64,000 nucleotides of DNA, taken from NCBI GenBank assembly GCA_963732485.1, contig CAVSZS010000003.1:278087-342086 (forward strand), given 5' to 3'. Below are positions 38,431-48,406 of the stretch, piece by piece. Origin of the DNA: Candidatus Aminicenantes bacterium. Its GTDB lineage: Bacteria; Acidobacteriota; Aminicenantia; UBA2199. Under the pieces are notes generated by a model. That model did not search any database. It worked only from the letters and a program-made list of their open reading frames with translations, and had not been told where the DNA came from. A program made the translations under genes and the position numbers. Each line of letters begins with the position of its first letter. Within the stretch, counting starts at the first letter, position 1.

Positions 38431-39640
38431 AGATTATACCGATATCATCGGGCAAAGCGTGATTGATGAGCTCTTGGTTCTGTCCAAGCACCTGCAGGGG
38501 AAAAGGATCCAGAACATCAATTCCACCGCGGTCGGCGGCGGCGTGGCGGAGATCCTGAACCGTATGCTGCCCCTGCTGCAGGAATTGGGTGTCGACGCCC
38601 GCTGGGACGTGATCCGCGGCGACGAACGGTTCTTCGCCATTACCAAGAAAATGCACAATGCCCTGCACGGGGTGAACGAAACCATCACTGCCGAGGACCT
38701 GGAATATTTTTTGGAGACCAATGAACGGAATGTCGCGGCCATGGATTTGAACTACGATATCCATTTCATCCATGACCCGCAGCCCATCGGCTTGATCCGC
38801 GAAAGACCCCGGGTCGGAGGCAAATGGATCTGGCGCTGCCACATCGATTTCACCGCTCCGGATCAAAAGCTGTGGGAGTTTTTAAAAGGATTTATTGAAA
38901 TGTATGATGCGGCCGTGTTTTCAGCTCCTGCGTTCGCCAGAAGCTTGCCCATTCGCCAGGCCTTAATCTCGCCTTCGATCGATCCGCTCAGCGACAAGAA
39001 CAAGGACCTGCCCCAGGAATTTATTGATTCGGTTTTTCAAAAGTACGGGATCGACCAGAATAGGCCGATCGTCTGCCAGATCTCGAGGTTCGACTACCTG
39101 AAGGATCCGCTGGGCGTAATCGAAGCGTACAAGCTTGCCAAGGAGCATGTGGACTGTCAACTGGTGCTGGCCGGGGGCGGGGCGGTGGATGACCCGGAGG
39201 GTATGCGCGTGCTCGCCGACGTCCGCCAGGCCGCGGAAAATGACCCGGATATTTTTGTCCTGTTCCTGCCGCCTGCCGCCGATCTGGAAATCAACGCCTT
39301 GCAGCGGGGATCGAGCATCGTTTTACAGAAGTCGCTGAAGGAGGGCTTCGGACTGACCGTGGCCGAGGCGCTATGGAAATCCAAGCCCGTGATCGCGACG
39401 GCGGTGGGTGGCATCCAGCTGCAGATCGCCCACAAGTATTCCGGCATCCTGACCCATTCCATCGAGGGTACCGGCTTCTGGATCAAGCAGCTTCTGAACG
39501 AACCGGAATACGCCACGAAATTGGGCGTGAACGGCCGTGAACACATCAAGAACAATTACCTGATCTTCAGGCATTTGCGCGATTACCTGCTGCTTTTCCT
39601 TTCCGTTTTCGAAACCAAGGATGTCGTTTATTATGGATGA
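38417..39640 (+). CDS. treT: trehalose glycosyltransferring synthase TreT (GT4)
   Basis: 407 aa. INSTAVGGGVAEIL, WRCHIDFTAPD, SPSIDPLSDKN and KEGFGLTVAEALWKSKPVIATAVGGI are collinear with remembered archaeal TreT sequences (VNSTSFGGGVAEIL / WRCHIDLS / PPSIDPLSEKN / REGFGLTVTEAMWKGKPVIGRAVGGI). Recognised from memory, not searched. Confidence 0.7.
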   Translation: MLQIKDYTDIIGQSVIDELLVLSKHLQGKRIQNINSTAVGGGVAEILNRMLPLLQELGVDARWDVIRGDERFFAITKKMHNALHGVNETITAEDLEYFLETNERNVAAMDLNYDIHFIHDPQPIGLIRERPRVGGKWIWRCHIDFTAPDQKLWEFLKGFIEMYDAAVFSAPAFARSLPIRQALISPSIDPLSDKNKDLPQEFIDSVFQKYGIDQNRPIVCQISRFDYLKDPLGVIEAYKLAKEHVDCQLVLAGGGAVDDPEGMRVLADVRQAAENDPDIFVLFLPPAADLEINALQRGSSIVLQKSLKEGFGLTVAEALWKSKPVIATAVGGIQLQIAHKYSGILTHSIEGTGFWIKQLLNEPEYATKLGVNGREHIKNNYLIFRHLRDYLLLFLSVFETKDVVYYG

Positions 39641-39738
39641 ATGCCTGCGGAATAGTACTGCCGCCAGGGTCGCCCGGGAGCAAGGGGCTCCATCCTCCAT
39701 CCTGAAGAAGATTCTGCACCAGGGATTGGCGAAATAAG

Positions 39739-41949
39739 ATGGCCAGACTGCTGATCGTTTCCAATCGCCTGCCCGTGACCATTTCCCGGGAGACTGGTGA
39801 ATATCATCTTCAGCAGAGCGCCGGAGGGCTGGCCACGGGATTGAGATCCTTCCTGAAGCGCCAGGAAAAACTCCCGGAATTCAATCTGAAATATCTCTGG
39901 GTCGGCTGGCCCGGCATCTCCATCCATGCCCGGGAAGCAAAAGAAACGGAAGTCCTGAAGAAGAAGCTGCACAAGCTGAATTGCTGGCCCGTTTTCCTTT
40001 CCGAGAGCGAAATGGAAAATTTTTATTACGGTTTTTGCAACAAGACCATCTGGCCCCTCTTCCACTATTTTCCGTCCTATGTCGAATATGAAAAAGACTT
40101 TTGGCTCGATTTCATCAAGGTAAACCGCATCTTTTGCGACGCCCTGTTGGAGTTCGTCCGCGAAGACGATGTCATCTGGATCCATGACTATCACCTGATG
40201 CTGCTGCCGCAGATGATTCGTGCAAAATTCCCCGGGATCAAGATCGGTTTCTTCCTGCATATCCCCTTCCCCACCTTCGAGATCTTCCGCCTGCTGCCGG
40301 GTAAATGGCGCCGGGAGATCCTGTACGGCATCCTGGGCGCGGATCTGGTCGGGTTTCACACCAACGACTATACCCAATACTTTTTGCGCTGCGCGCTGCG
40401 CATCCTGGGATTGGAACACGAGATGGGCAGGATCATGCTCGAGGACCGTCTGGTCATGGTCGACACCTTCCCCATGGGCATCGATTTCCAATCCTTCCAT
40501 CGGGCCGTGAGGGAAAAAGCGGTGAAAAAAGAGAGGGCCCGGCTCAAGAAGGAATTGAAAAAAACAAAGACCATCCTCTCGATCGACCGGCTGGATTACT
40601 CCAAAGGCATCCTCAACCGCCTGCAGGGCTTCGAACTTTTCCTGGAGCAGAACCCCGGCTGGCTGGAAAAGGCGCAGCTGGTCATGGTCGTGGTCCCTTC
40701 GCGGGTCGGGGTCACCCACTATGCGCGCACCAAGAAACAGATCGACGAGGCGGTTGGCAAGATCAACGGCAAATACGCCACGTTGACCTGGACGCCGATC
40801 TTATACCAGTTCAGGTCTTTGGCTTTCCCGTTGCTGGCCGCGCTTTACTCCCTGTGCGACGTCGCCCTGGTCACGCCCCTGCGCGACGGCATGAACCTGG
40901 TCGCCAAGGAATATGTCGCCAGCAAGTCCGTGGGCGCCGGTGTCCTGATCCTGAGCGAGAATGCCGGCGCCGTCGAGGAGCTGGGAGAAGCCATCGTCAT
41001 CAACCCCTTCTATGTCGAAGAGATCGCCCGGGCCATCCAGGAGGCACTGACCATTCCGGAGGATGAGCAGCTGAAGCGGCTGAAAGCCATGCAGTTCAGG
41101 CTGCAGCGCTACGATGTGTTCCGCTGGGCGGCAGATTTCCTGCACCACCTGGACTCCAGCCGCGAGGTTCAGAAAAAAGTGGAAGTGCGCATGCTTGGCG
41201 GCAGCCGGGAACGGCTGCTGGCGGAGTTTCGCCAGGCTGGCAAGCGGCTGGTCTTCCTGGATTATGACGGGACGTTGGTTCCGATCGTGAAGCACTATTC
41301 CCAGGCCGCCCCGGATCAGGAAATTTTACGACTCCTCGGGATTCTGGCCGCCGACAGGCGCAACCAGCTCGTGATCGTCACCGGCCGTGACCGCAAAACC
41401 ATTTCCGAGTGGCTTTGGATTGAGAACTGCGGCTTCATCGCCGAGCACGGAGCCTGGATCAAGGAAAGCGGCGGAGATTGGACCCGGATGAAGGCCTTGG
41501 ACGCGGAATGGAAAGGACAGATCCTGCCCGCGCTGGAGATTTATACCGATCGGCTTCCCGGATCCTTTGTCGAGGAAAAGGAATTTTCCCTGACCTGGCA
41601 TTTTCGCAACGCCGACCCGGAATTAGGAATATTGCGAGCCAAGGAGCTGATGGATTATCTCATCAGCTTCACCGCCAATCAGGATCTTCAGGTACTGCAA
41701 GGAAAAAAAGTGGTCGAAATCCGCAACGCCGGGATCAACAAGGGGCTGGCGGCGGCACACTGGCTGGCAAAAGAAGAGTTCGAATTCATCCTGGCGGCCG
41801 GCGATGACTGGACGGATGAGGACCTCTTCAAGGTCCTGCCGGAAACGGCGTACTCTATCAAAGTCGGTATCTCGTCTTCTTTGGCCAGGTTCAATGTGAT
41901 CAACTATAATGAGATCCGGAAGCTGTTGGAGCAGTTGAACAAAAAATAA
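39739..41949 (+). CDS. otsAB: bifunctional trehalose-6-phosphate synthase / trehalose-6-phosphate phosphatase (OtsA-OtsB fusion)
   Basis: 736 aa. N-terminal GT20 domain [13 protein letters not shown]...SAGGLATGL...IWPLFHY...[12 protein letters not shown]-terminal HAD phosphatase [14 protein letters not shown]...[10 protein letters not shown]. Confidence 0.85.
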   Translation: MARLLIVSNRLPVTISRETGEYHLQQSAGGLATGLRSFLKRQEKLPEFNLKYLWVGWPGISIHAREAKETEVLKKKLHKLNCWPVFLSESEMENFYYGFCNKTIWPLFHYFPSYVEYEKDFWLDFIKVNRIFCDALLEFVREDDVIWIHDYHLMLLPQMIRAKFPGIKIGFFLHIPFPTFEIFRLLPGKWRREILYGILGADLVGFHTNDYTQYFLRCALRILGLEHEMGRIMLEDRLVMVDTFPMGIDFQSFHRAVREKAVKKERARLKKELKKTKTILSIDRLDYSKGILNRLQGFELFLEQNPGWLEKAQLVMVVVPSRVGVTHYARTKKQIDEAVGKINGKYATLTWTPILYQFRSLAFPLLAALYSLCDVALVTPLRDGMNLVAKEYVASKSVGAGVLILSENAGAVEELGEAIVINPFYVEEIARAIQEALTIPEDEQLKRLKAMQFRLQRYDVFRWAADFLHHLDSSREVQKKVEVRMLGGSRERLLAEFRQAGKRLVFLDYDGTLVPIVKHYSQAAPDQEILRLLGILAADRRNQLVIVTGRDRKTISEWLWIENCGFIAEHGAWIKESGGDWTRMKALDAEWKGQILPALEIYTDRLPGSFVEEKEFSLTWHFRNADPELGILRAKELMDYLISFTANQDLQVLQGKKVVEIRNAGINKGLAAAHWLAKEEFEFILAAGDDWTDEDLFKVLPETAYSIKVGISSSLARFNVINYNEIRKLLEQLNKK

Positions 41950-41950
41950 C

Positions 41951-43003
41951 ATGTGGAAAAATTATTCGCCCTTGTTCGCGCCGTTGGCCTTTGTGGCCGG
42001 TTCTTTGATCCTTGGCTTGCTGGGCAAAAGGTTCATCCTGAAAAAAATCGAGAAATTCACCCGCAGGACCAGCTGGCGGGGCGATGACATCCTGGTCGCC
42101 GCCCTGGAGAGGTGGATCGTCTGGTGGTTCCTCTTTGCCGGCGCTTACCTGGCCACCATGAGCATCCCCGTGAAAGCGAATCTTCTGAAGCTGATCCACC
42201 ACGTCATCCTGATCCTGATCCTCTTGAGCCTGACGGTTTTTGCTGCCAATATGAGCGTGAATTTCGTCAATCTGTATTCTGAAAACCTGAAGGAGTCCAT
42301 CCCCAGGACGACCATCTTCGCCAACCTGACCCGGGTATTCGTTTTTTTGATCGGCATTTTGATCATCTTCAATACCTTGGGGATCTCCATCGCCCCCATT
42401 CTCACGGGTCTGGGAATCGGGGGGCTGGCCGTCGCCCTGGCCATGCAGGAAACCCTGGCCAACCTTTTTTCCGGCCTGCAGATCATTGCTTCGAAGCAGG
42501 TCCGGCCGGGGGACTATATTCGCCTGGAAAGCGGTGAAGAGGGATTCATCGTCGATATCAACTGGCGCAACACGACGGTGCGCGAGCTCGGCAATAACGT
42601 GAACATTATCCCCAACTCCCGCATTGCCAAGACCATCGTCAAGAATTATTCCCTTCCGGAAAAGGCCATGTCCGTGCTGATCCAGGTGGGGGTCGACTAT
42701 GACAGCGATCTGGAAAAGGTCGAATCGGCGACCCGGGAGGTGGCACGAGAGGTGATGCGCGAGATCCCGGGCGGTGTGGGCGATTTCGAGCCTTTCATCC
42801 GCTACCACACCTTCGGCGACTCCTCCATTGATTTTACGGTCATCCTGCGTGTGAACGAATTCGTGGACCAATATGTTGTCAAACACGAATTCATCAAGCG
42901 CTTGCACAAGCGCTATCAATCCGCGGGGATCACCATACCGTTCCCCATCCGCACGGTCCATTTCGCTGGCGGCATGCCGTCGCCATTTCCCAAAGCGAAA
43001 TGA
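41951..43003 (+). CDS. mechanosensitive ion channel, MscS family
   Basis: 350 aa. 3 TM helices, then pore helix GIGGLAVALAMQETLANLFSGLQI and the MscS beta domain GDYIRLESGEEGFIVDINWRNTTVRELGNNVNIIPNSRI. Confidence 0.8.
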   Translation: MWKNYSPLFAPLAFVAGSLILGLLGKRFILKKIEKFTRRTSWRGDDILVAALERWIVWWFLFAGAYLATMSIPVKANLLKLIHHVILILILLSLTVFAANMSVNFVNLYSENLKESIPRTTIFANLTRVFVFLIGILIIFNTLGISIAPILTGLGIGGLAVALAMQETLANLFSGLQIIASKQVRPGDYIRLESGEEGFIVDINWRNTTVRELGNNVNIIPNSRIAKTIVKNYSLPEKAMSVLIQVGVDYDSDLEKVESATREVAREVMREIPGGVGDFEPFIRYHTFGDSSIDFTVILRVNEFVDQYVVKHEFIKRLHKRYQSAGITIPFPIRTVHFAGGMPSPFPKAK

Positions 43004-43065
43004 AGTGGGGTTCGTCCCGACGGGACTTGACTTCGCGCGATTCTTTGGCATAGAATGCGCCCATC

Positions 43066-43596
43066 ATGGCAGAATCAAGGTTCAAGCACTTCTTCAAATA
43101 CGTAGTCATCGACATCCTGCTGGCGGCGCTGATCTCGTTCTTCCTCATCAACTACGTCGTCTCGGCCTTCCGCATCGACGGCGATTCCATGGAGCCCCTG
43201 CTGCGCGCCGGTGAGCGGGTCCTGATCTCCAAGCTGGCCGTGCGCCACGGCAACCTGCGCCGCTTCGACATCGTGGTCACGTACAAGCCCGACGAACCCG
43301 ACAAGTCGTTGATCAAGCGCATCATCGGCCTGCCCGGGGAGATTATCGAGGTGCGCGGCGGCCAGGTGCTGGTCAATGACAAACTGCTGAAGCAGCCCAT
43401 GGTCGACGGCGCCGTCAGCCGCTCGCCCGAGGACATGAAGGCGCTGCTCATCCCGCGCGGCATGTACTTCGTCATGGGCGACAACCGCGGTGTCAGCTTC
43501 GATTCGCGCCTGTTCGGCCCGGTGCCCGAGAAGTACGTTTTCGGCAAGGCTTTTTTCCGTTACTGGCCCCCGGCGACCATGGGCAAGATCGAGTAA
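43066..43596 (+). CDS. lepB: signal peptidase I
   Basis: 176 aa. Catalytic Ser box IDGDSMEP, Lys box KRIIGLPGE and the GDNR box YFVMGDNRGVSFDSR. Confidence 0.85.
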   Translation: MAESRFKHFFKYVVIDILLAALISFFLINYVVSAFRIDGDSMEPLLRAGERVLISKLAVRHGNLRRFDIVVTYKPDEPDKSLIKRIIGLPGEIIEVRGGQVLVNDKLLKQPMVDGAVSRSPEDMKALLIPRGMYFVMGDNRGVSFDSRLFGPVPEKYVFGKAFFRYWPPATMGKIE

Positions 43597-43709
43597 GACC
43601 GGCGCGGTCCCGGTGCCGGGAGCGGCGCCGTAATATTTTATCCTTTGTTATCGGCTGCTTGCGGCAGCCAATATTTACGCCGCGGCAGGAATATGGTATA
43701 AATACAGCG

Positions 43710-44930
43710 ATGAAACTCCGGAAAACCCTTTTGACGCTGGTTGTTTTTCTCTGCCTTGCCTCCGGACCGGGGTTCTCTGCCGACATCGAGGAGCTGAAGC
43801 GCTCGGTGGTGGAGATCGGCCGCCTGGAATTCCGCCGCGACGTGCCGGTGCGCTACCTGGACCGCGCCGCTCTGAAAACCTATATCGAGCGCCTTTTCGA
43901 AGAGGATTATCCCGACGAGCTGGCGAACCGGGAAGAGGAGTTCCTCTACTGGATGGGCTTCACCCGCGAAAAGATCGCGCTCAAGCCCCTGCGCCGCGCC
44001 ATCATCCTGGAAAACGTCGGCGGCATGTACAACGAGAAAACCAAGGAGTTGCTGGCCGTCGAGGAGTTCCGCAGCGTGGACATGCTCAACGCGCCGGCGC
44101 TGGCCCACGAGCTGCGCCATGCCGTCCAGGACCAGCACTTCCCGCTGGCCGCTCTGCTCGGCGACCTCTCCGATTTTGACGACCGCAAGCTGGCGGCGCT
44201 GGCCGCCGTCGAAGGCGACGCCACCCTGGTGATGGTCGAGCAGATGGGCTTCGACCCCGACCTGCTCAGCGGCGCCTTCAGCCCCGAGAACGTCCTCTCC
44301 TTTTCCGCCCTGGCCGGCGCCACCACGCTGGCCTCTGCTCCCGACGTCGTCAAGTTCCAGCTGCTCATGCCCTACCTGGAGGGATTGAAGTTCAGCCGGG
44401 CGATCGTCAAGGAGCGGAAATGGAAAGGGTTGAACCGGGTGCTGGGGCAAAAGCCGCTTTCCTCGGAGCAGATCCTGCATCCGCGCAAATACAGCAGCGG
44501 CGAAAAGCCGCAGGCCGTGTTCACCCGTTTCCGCCCCGGCCGCGGCGAGCAGCTGCATTCGGGAGTGATCGGGGAATACTACCTGAACGTCCTGCTGAAG
44601 CAGGGGCTGGAGGTCCAGGACGCTGCCGCCGGCTGGGGCGGCGACCTCTTCACCCTCTACCGCGACGGCGATTCCCGCCTGCTGCTCTGGGAGTCCCATT
44701 GGGACACTCCCGGCGACGGTGTCCGCTTCCACGCCGACTTCCGCCGCTTTCTGGAGCGTGAGTTCCGGGTGAATTTCAAGGACGGCCGCGAGCAGGGCCG
44801 CCCGTTCATCGCCGGCAATTCCGTTGCCGGTTATTTTTTCCTGCTGCGCGACGGCGCCCGCCTGTTCTACGCCCGCAGCAACGACCGAGAACGCATCAAC
44901 GAGCTAATCAGCGGAGGTATATATGATTAA
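43710..44930 (+). CDS. hypothetical secreted protein with HExxH motif (putative zinc-dependent peptidase-like)
   Basis: Signal peptide MKLRKTLLTLVVFLCLASGPGFSA, then HELRH at about residue 125 and a Glu-rich downstream region. No further family assignment possible. Confidence 0.4.
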   Translation: MKLRKTLLTLVVFLCLASGPGFSADIEELKRSVVEIGRLEFRRDVPVRYLDRAALKTYIERLFEEDYPDELANREEEFLYWMGFTREKIALKPLRRAIILENVGGMYNEKTKELLAVEEFRSVDMLNAPALAHELRHAVQDQHFPLAALLGDLSDFDDRKLAALAAVEGDATLVMVEQMGFDPDLLSGAFSPENVLSFSALAGATTLASAPDVVKFQLLMPYLEGLKFSRAIVKERKWKGLNRVLGQKPLSSEQILHPRKYSSGEKPQAVFTRFRPGRGEQLHSGVIGEYYLNVLLKQGLEVQDAAAGWGGDLFTLYRDGDSRLLLWESHWDTPGDGVRFHADFRRFLEREFRVNFKDGREQGRPFIAGNSVAGYFFLLRDGARLFYARSNDRERINELISGGIYD

Positions 44931-45486
44931 CGCCACCCAGATCCGCAGGGGAATGATCATCCTGATGGATAACAAGTTGTACCGCGTCGAGGAGATGGAC
45001 CATGTCACTCCCGGACGCTATAAGTCGACCATCCACGTCAAGATGCGCGACCTGGAGAGCAATGTCCGCTCCCCGTTCCGTTTCGGCTCTTCCGACCGCG
45101 TGGAGAAGGTCACCCTCGACACCAAGGAGGTCACCTACTCCTACCACGACGGCACCAACTACATCTTCATGGACACCGCCACCTACGACCAGGTCAGCCT
45201 GGACGAGGAGTTCATCGGCGACAACTCCTTCTACCTGAAGGAGAACGAGGTTTACCAGATGGAGTTCTTCCAGGGCAAGCCGATCAACATTGTGCCGCCG
45301 CTCTCCATGGAGTTCGTGGTGGTCGAGACCGAAAAGAACATGAAAGGCTCCATGGTGCAGGCTTCCTACAAGCCGGCCAAGCTCGAGGGCGGCCTCGAGG
45401 TGACGGTGCCGCCGTTCATCGAGGTGGGCACGATCATCAAGATCGATACCCGCGACGGTTCCTATATCGAGCGCGTCAGCAAGTAA
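44923..45486 (+). CDS. efp: elongation factor P
   Basis: 187 aa, MINATQIRRGMIILMDNKLYRVEEMDHVTPGRYKSTIHVKMR..., three OB/KOW-like domains. The loop-tip residue at the E. coli K34 position is Arg (R32). Confidence 0.85.
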   Translation: MINATQIRRGMIILMDNKLYRVEEMDHVTPGRYKSTIHVKMRDLESNVRSPFRFGSSDRVEKVTLDTKEVTYSYHDGTNYIFMDTATYDQVSLDEEFIGDNSFYLKENEVYQMEFFQGKPINIVPPLSMEFVVVETEKNMKGSMVQASYKPAKLEGGLEVTVPPFIEVGTIIKIDTRDGSYIERVSK

Positions 45487-45495
45487 GCGTCTGCT

Positions 45496-45527
45496 GGGGC
45501 GCCCCGGTCGGCCCCGTTTTTTTATTT
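45496..45527 (+). terminator. rho-independent terminator after efp
   Basis: GGGGC-GCCCCGGTCG-GCCCC stem-loop followed by GTTTTTTTATTTG. Confidence 0.55.
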
Positions 45528-47324
45528 GTCGGCCAGCAGGTACGCCGCCAGGTAGATCAGGCGGCTCATGCTCTCCATCACCGTGCCGTCGAATTTTTCC
45601 ATACTGTCCGCCGGCGTGTGGTAGACATCGCTCATGCCGCTGAGAAAAAAGGCCCACGGCCGGCCGGCCGCGGCGAACGAGGCGTGGTCGCTGCCTCCCG
45701 ACATGCGGTCCATGTTGCGCGGCGTTTCGCGGAACAGGATGTCGAGGCCGATGCTGCGGTTGGCTTCCTCGAGCGCGCTCCGCAGCTCCGCGGCTTCGGC
45801 GTCGAGCGACAGGGGCAAAAACTTCTCCGCCTTGATCTTTTTCAGCAGGGCCGCGGAATCCTTGACGTCGAGCATGCGCAGCATGCGCTGCAGGCCCGCC
45901 TCGCTCCAGGGCATGGCGATCATGTCCAGGTTGAGGTAGGCCGCGGTGTGCTCCATGGCGAACAGGGGATGCTCCACGTACCAGCGCGACCCCAGCAGCC
46001 CCTCCTCCTCGCCGGTCCACAAACAGAAGACTACGCTGCGCTTGGGTTTCTGCGGGTTCAGCGCCATGGCGCGGGCGATGGCCAGGACGCCGCAGGCGCC
46101 CGAGGCGTTGTCCTCGGCGCCGTTGAAGATGTAGTCGCCCTGGCGGCCCAGGTGGTCGAGGTGGCCGCCGATGACGACGGCCTGCTCCTTGAGCTGCGGG
46201 TCGCTGCCCTCGATGAAGGCGACGACGTTGGCGCTCCTGACCAGCCCGTAACGCACGGCGTTGTTCAGGCGCAGGCGTGCGCCCTGCAGCGTGAAGGATT
46301 GCGGCTTGTACCGGACCGTGATCTTTTTCTGCAGCCCTTCGACCGTCTCGCCGGCTGCGGCCAGCACGGCGTCGGCCAGCTCGCGCGAGACGCGGACCAG
46401 GCTGCGGCCTTCCCAGGGCATGCCCTTGCTGCCGGGGATGAGGAGTTTCTTGCGGCTGTCGGACAGCATGGGCTTGTCGTCGCGCACCTGCTGCTGGCCG
46501 AGGATCTCCCAATGGATGTCGCCGCCGGCAGTGACGTCGTTCTTGACGACCAGCACGGCCAGGGCGCCGCGCTTGAACAGCGCCGCGGCCTTGGTGAAAT
46601 CGACGCCGCCGCGGCGCATGCTGGGCATGGCCGGGAAATACTTTTCCTTGACCTCTTTTTTCTGGAAAGGCGAGGCGGGATCGTCCCTGCCCGGGGCGTC
46701 GGAGAGGATCAGGACGATCTTGTCCCTGACGTCGATGCCGGCCAGGTCGTCGTAGCCGACGATCTTGTCGCTGATCCCGTAGCCGGCGAATACCACCGGC
46801 GCGCTGATGTCCAGCGGCAGGGAGGAAGCGAAGGTAAAGTCGACCTGCGGGGCGAAGGCGCGTGTGCGCCGGGCCTCGTTGACGCCCGACTCGAGGACGA
46901 TGCTGGCCGTGGATTCCAGCGCCTCCTTCATGGCGAACTCCTGCAGGAAGGAGCGCTCGGGTTTGGCGGCCGGTTGCGCCGGGCCGGGGCGAAAAGAGGC
47001 GATCATGGTTTTGGGCAGGTCGCCGCCCGGCTTCAGCCCCCAGAGGGTGAACAGGCTCTGGGCGTAGGCGGCGGCGGTGTCGTAGCCCTGCGTGCCGGTC
47101 TCGCGGCCCTCGAGCACGTCGTGGGAGAGGAAGGCCATCATGGCCATCAGGTCCTTGCCGGTGATCCCCTCGAAGCCGGTTAGCGCCGGCGCCGGCACGG
47201 CGATCGTTTTCTCTATGAGCTGCAGGTTCTTCATCATGTCGGCGGCCGGGTCCTTTTTTTCCTGAGCGGCGGACAGGGTGAGGAAAATTGCGAAGATGAC
47301 GATGGCAAAGAGCAGTTTTTTCAT
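45522..47324 (-). CDS. M28-family zinc aminopeptidase with PA domain (signal peptide)
   Basis: 600 aa. Signal peptide MKKLLFAIVIFAIFLTLSAAQ. M28 metal-ligand motifs HLDHLG and GAEDNASGACGVLAIARAM. Confidence 0.75.
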   Translation of the reverse strand: MKKLLFAIVIFAIFLTLSAAQEKKDPAADMMKNLQLIEKTIAVPAPALTGFEGITGKDLMAMMAFLSHDVLEGRETGTQGYDTAAAYAQSLFTLWGLKPGGDLPKTMIASFRPGPAQPAAKPERSFLQEFAMKEALESTASIVLESGVNEARRTRAFAPQVDFTFASSLPLDISAPVVFAGYGISDKIVGYDDLAGIDVRDKIVLILSDAPGRDDPASPFQKKEVKEKYFPAMPSMRRGGVDFTKAAALFKRGALAVLVVKNDVTAGGDIHWEILGQQQVRDDKPMLSDSRKKLLIPGSKGMPWEGRSLVRVSRELADAVLAAAGETVEGLQKKITVRYKPQSFTLQGARLRLNNAVRYGLVRSANVVAFIEGSDPQLKEQAVVIGGHLDHLGRQGDYIFNGAEDNASGACGVLAIARAMALNPQKPKRSVVFCLWTGEEEGLLGSRWYVEHPLFAMEHTAAYLNLDMIAMPWSEAGLQRMLRMLDVKDSAALLKKIKAEKFLPLSLDAEAAELRSALEEANRSIGLDILFRETPRNMDRMSGGSDHASFAAAGRPWAFFLSGMSDVYHTPADSMEKFDGTVMESMSRLIYLAAYLLADK

Positions 47325-47386
47325 GATTTCTCCTTGAGTAGAGTTCTACGAAAAAACAGGGGGAAAGTTACGGCGGGGAACCGGGC

Positions 47387-48208
47387 CTAGAATTCCACTC
47401 CGAAACGATTTTTCAGCGCCAGGGCGATGATCATGGTCAGGACCAGGTACCAGACCAGCCAGTGGGTCTCGAAGCCCAGCAACGAGATGCCGCGGGCCGG
47501 ATACTGGATGGAGATGGATGTGAGGGGCGCGCGCGGCGCCAGCAGCTTTTCAACCGGGTAGATGAAATGCGCCAGCGAAGAAGCGGCCATTTTTTTGTTG
47601 GAGAGCGCCAAAAGGCCGTTGCCGACGACCAGGTCCTTGCGGAAGGTGACGCCGTCGACGCTGATCGCGATGTCCGTCTTGCCCTTCTGCAGGGCCCGCA
47701 GCTTCCAGTCGACCTCGCCGAGCGCGTCGACATATACCGGGTTCATGACCGCCTGGTAGCCGGCGTTCGGGGCGAGGACGGCCTCCGCCGCGCCGATAGC
47801 GCCGGCAAAGTTCGCCTTGACCGTGATGCTCTCGCCGGGGCGGAAGGGGCGCATGCCGTAGCGGATGTCCATCTGCACGAAAAGCAGGAACATCAGCGGC
47901 AGCACCACCAGCAGCGGCAACAGGTTCAGCACGAAGTACTTGCCGGTATAGAACAGGCTCTTGAAGAACGAGCTGACGATGGTCTGCCAGAAGTCGCGGT
48001 AGAGGCGGATGGCCAGGATGTTGGCCTTGATCCGGTTCTTGGTATCCTTGACCCGGTTGGGGTTGGAGATGGCGCGGTAGACCGCCAGCACGAACAGCGA
48101 CGTGAGCAGGCTGAGGAACAGGATGCCCCAGAAGGGGGGCAGCTTGGCAAACGGCAGCAGCAGCAGGTCGCAGCCGCGCGTCAGGAAATGGTTGAGCTTC
48201 TGCGCCAT
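47387..48208 (-). CDS. hypothetical membrane protein
   Basis: 273 aa with about 3 TM helices in the N-terminal half and a soluble C-terminal region. Stop directly abuts the start of the small ORF 48209..48397. No motif recognised. Confidence 0.4.
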   Translation of the reverse strand: MAQKLNHFLTRGCDLLLLPFAKLPPFWGILFLSLLTSLFVLAVYRAISNPNRVKDTKNRIKANILAIRLYRDFWQTIVSSFFKSLFYTGKYFVLNLLPLLVVLPLMFLLFVQMDIRYGMRPFRPGESITVKANFAGAIGAAEAVLAPNAGYQAVMNPVYVDALGEVDWKLRALQKGKTDIAISVDGVTFRKDLVVGNGLLALSNKKMAASSLAHFIYPVEKLLAPRAPLTSISIQYPARGISLLGFETHWLVWYLVLTMIIALALKNRFGVEF

Positions 48209-48397
48209 CTAGGAGATGTAGCCCAGGCCGCTCAGCTTGTTGGCCAGCTCTTCCTTGTTGTCGCCGCTCTTGATCTTGTCGTATTCCTTGCCGATCAGGT
48301 CCTCGACCATCTCTTCCAGAGACGAATAACCGTGATGGGCGATGATGGCCTCGGCCTTCTGGTCGGCTTCCTTGCTGAGTTTGACTTTGCTGGACAT
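48209..48397 (-). CDS. small hypothetical protein (62 aa), possibly ribbon-helix-helix-like
   Basis: MSSKVKLSKEADQKAEAIIAHHGYSSLEEMVEDLIGK... shows an N-terminal beta-strand followed by two helices. Sits 10 nt downstream of the AlkP-family gene and immediately upstream of the membrane protein. Coding status is uncertain. Confidence 0.35.
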   Translation of the reverse strand: MSSKVKLSKEADQKAEAIIAHHGYSSLEEMVEDLIGKEYDKIKSGDNKEELANKLSGLGYIS

Positions 48398-48406
48398 GTG
48401 TTCCTC

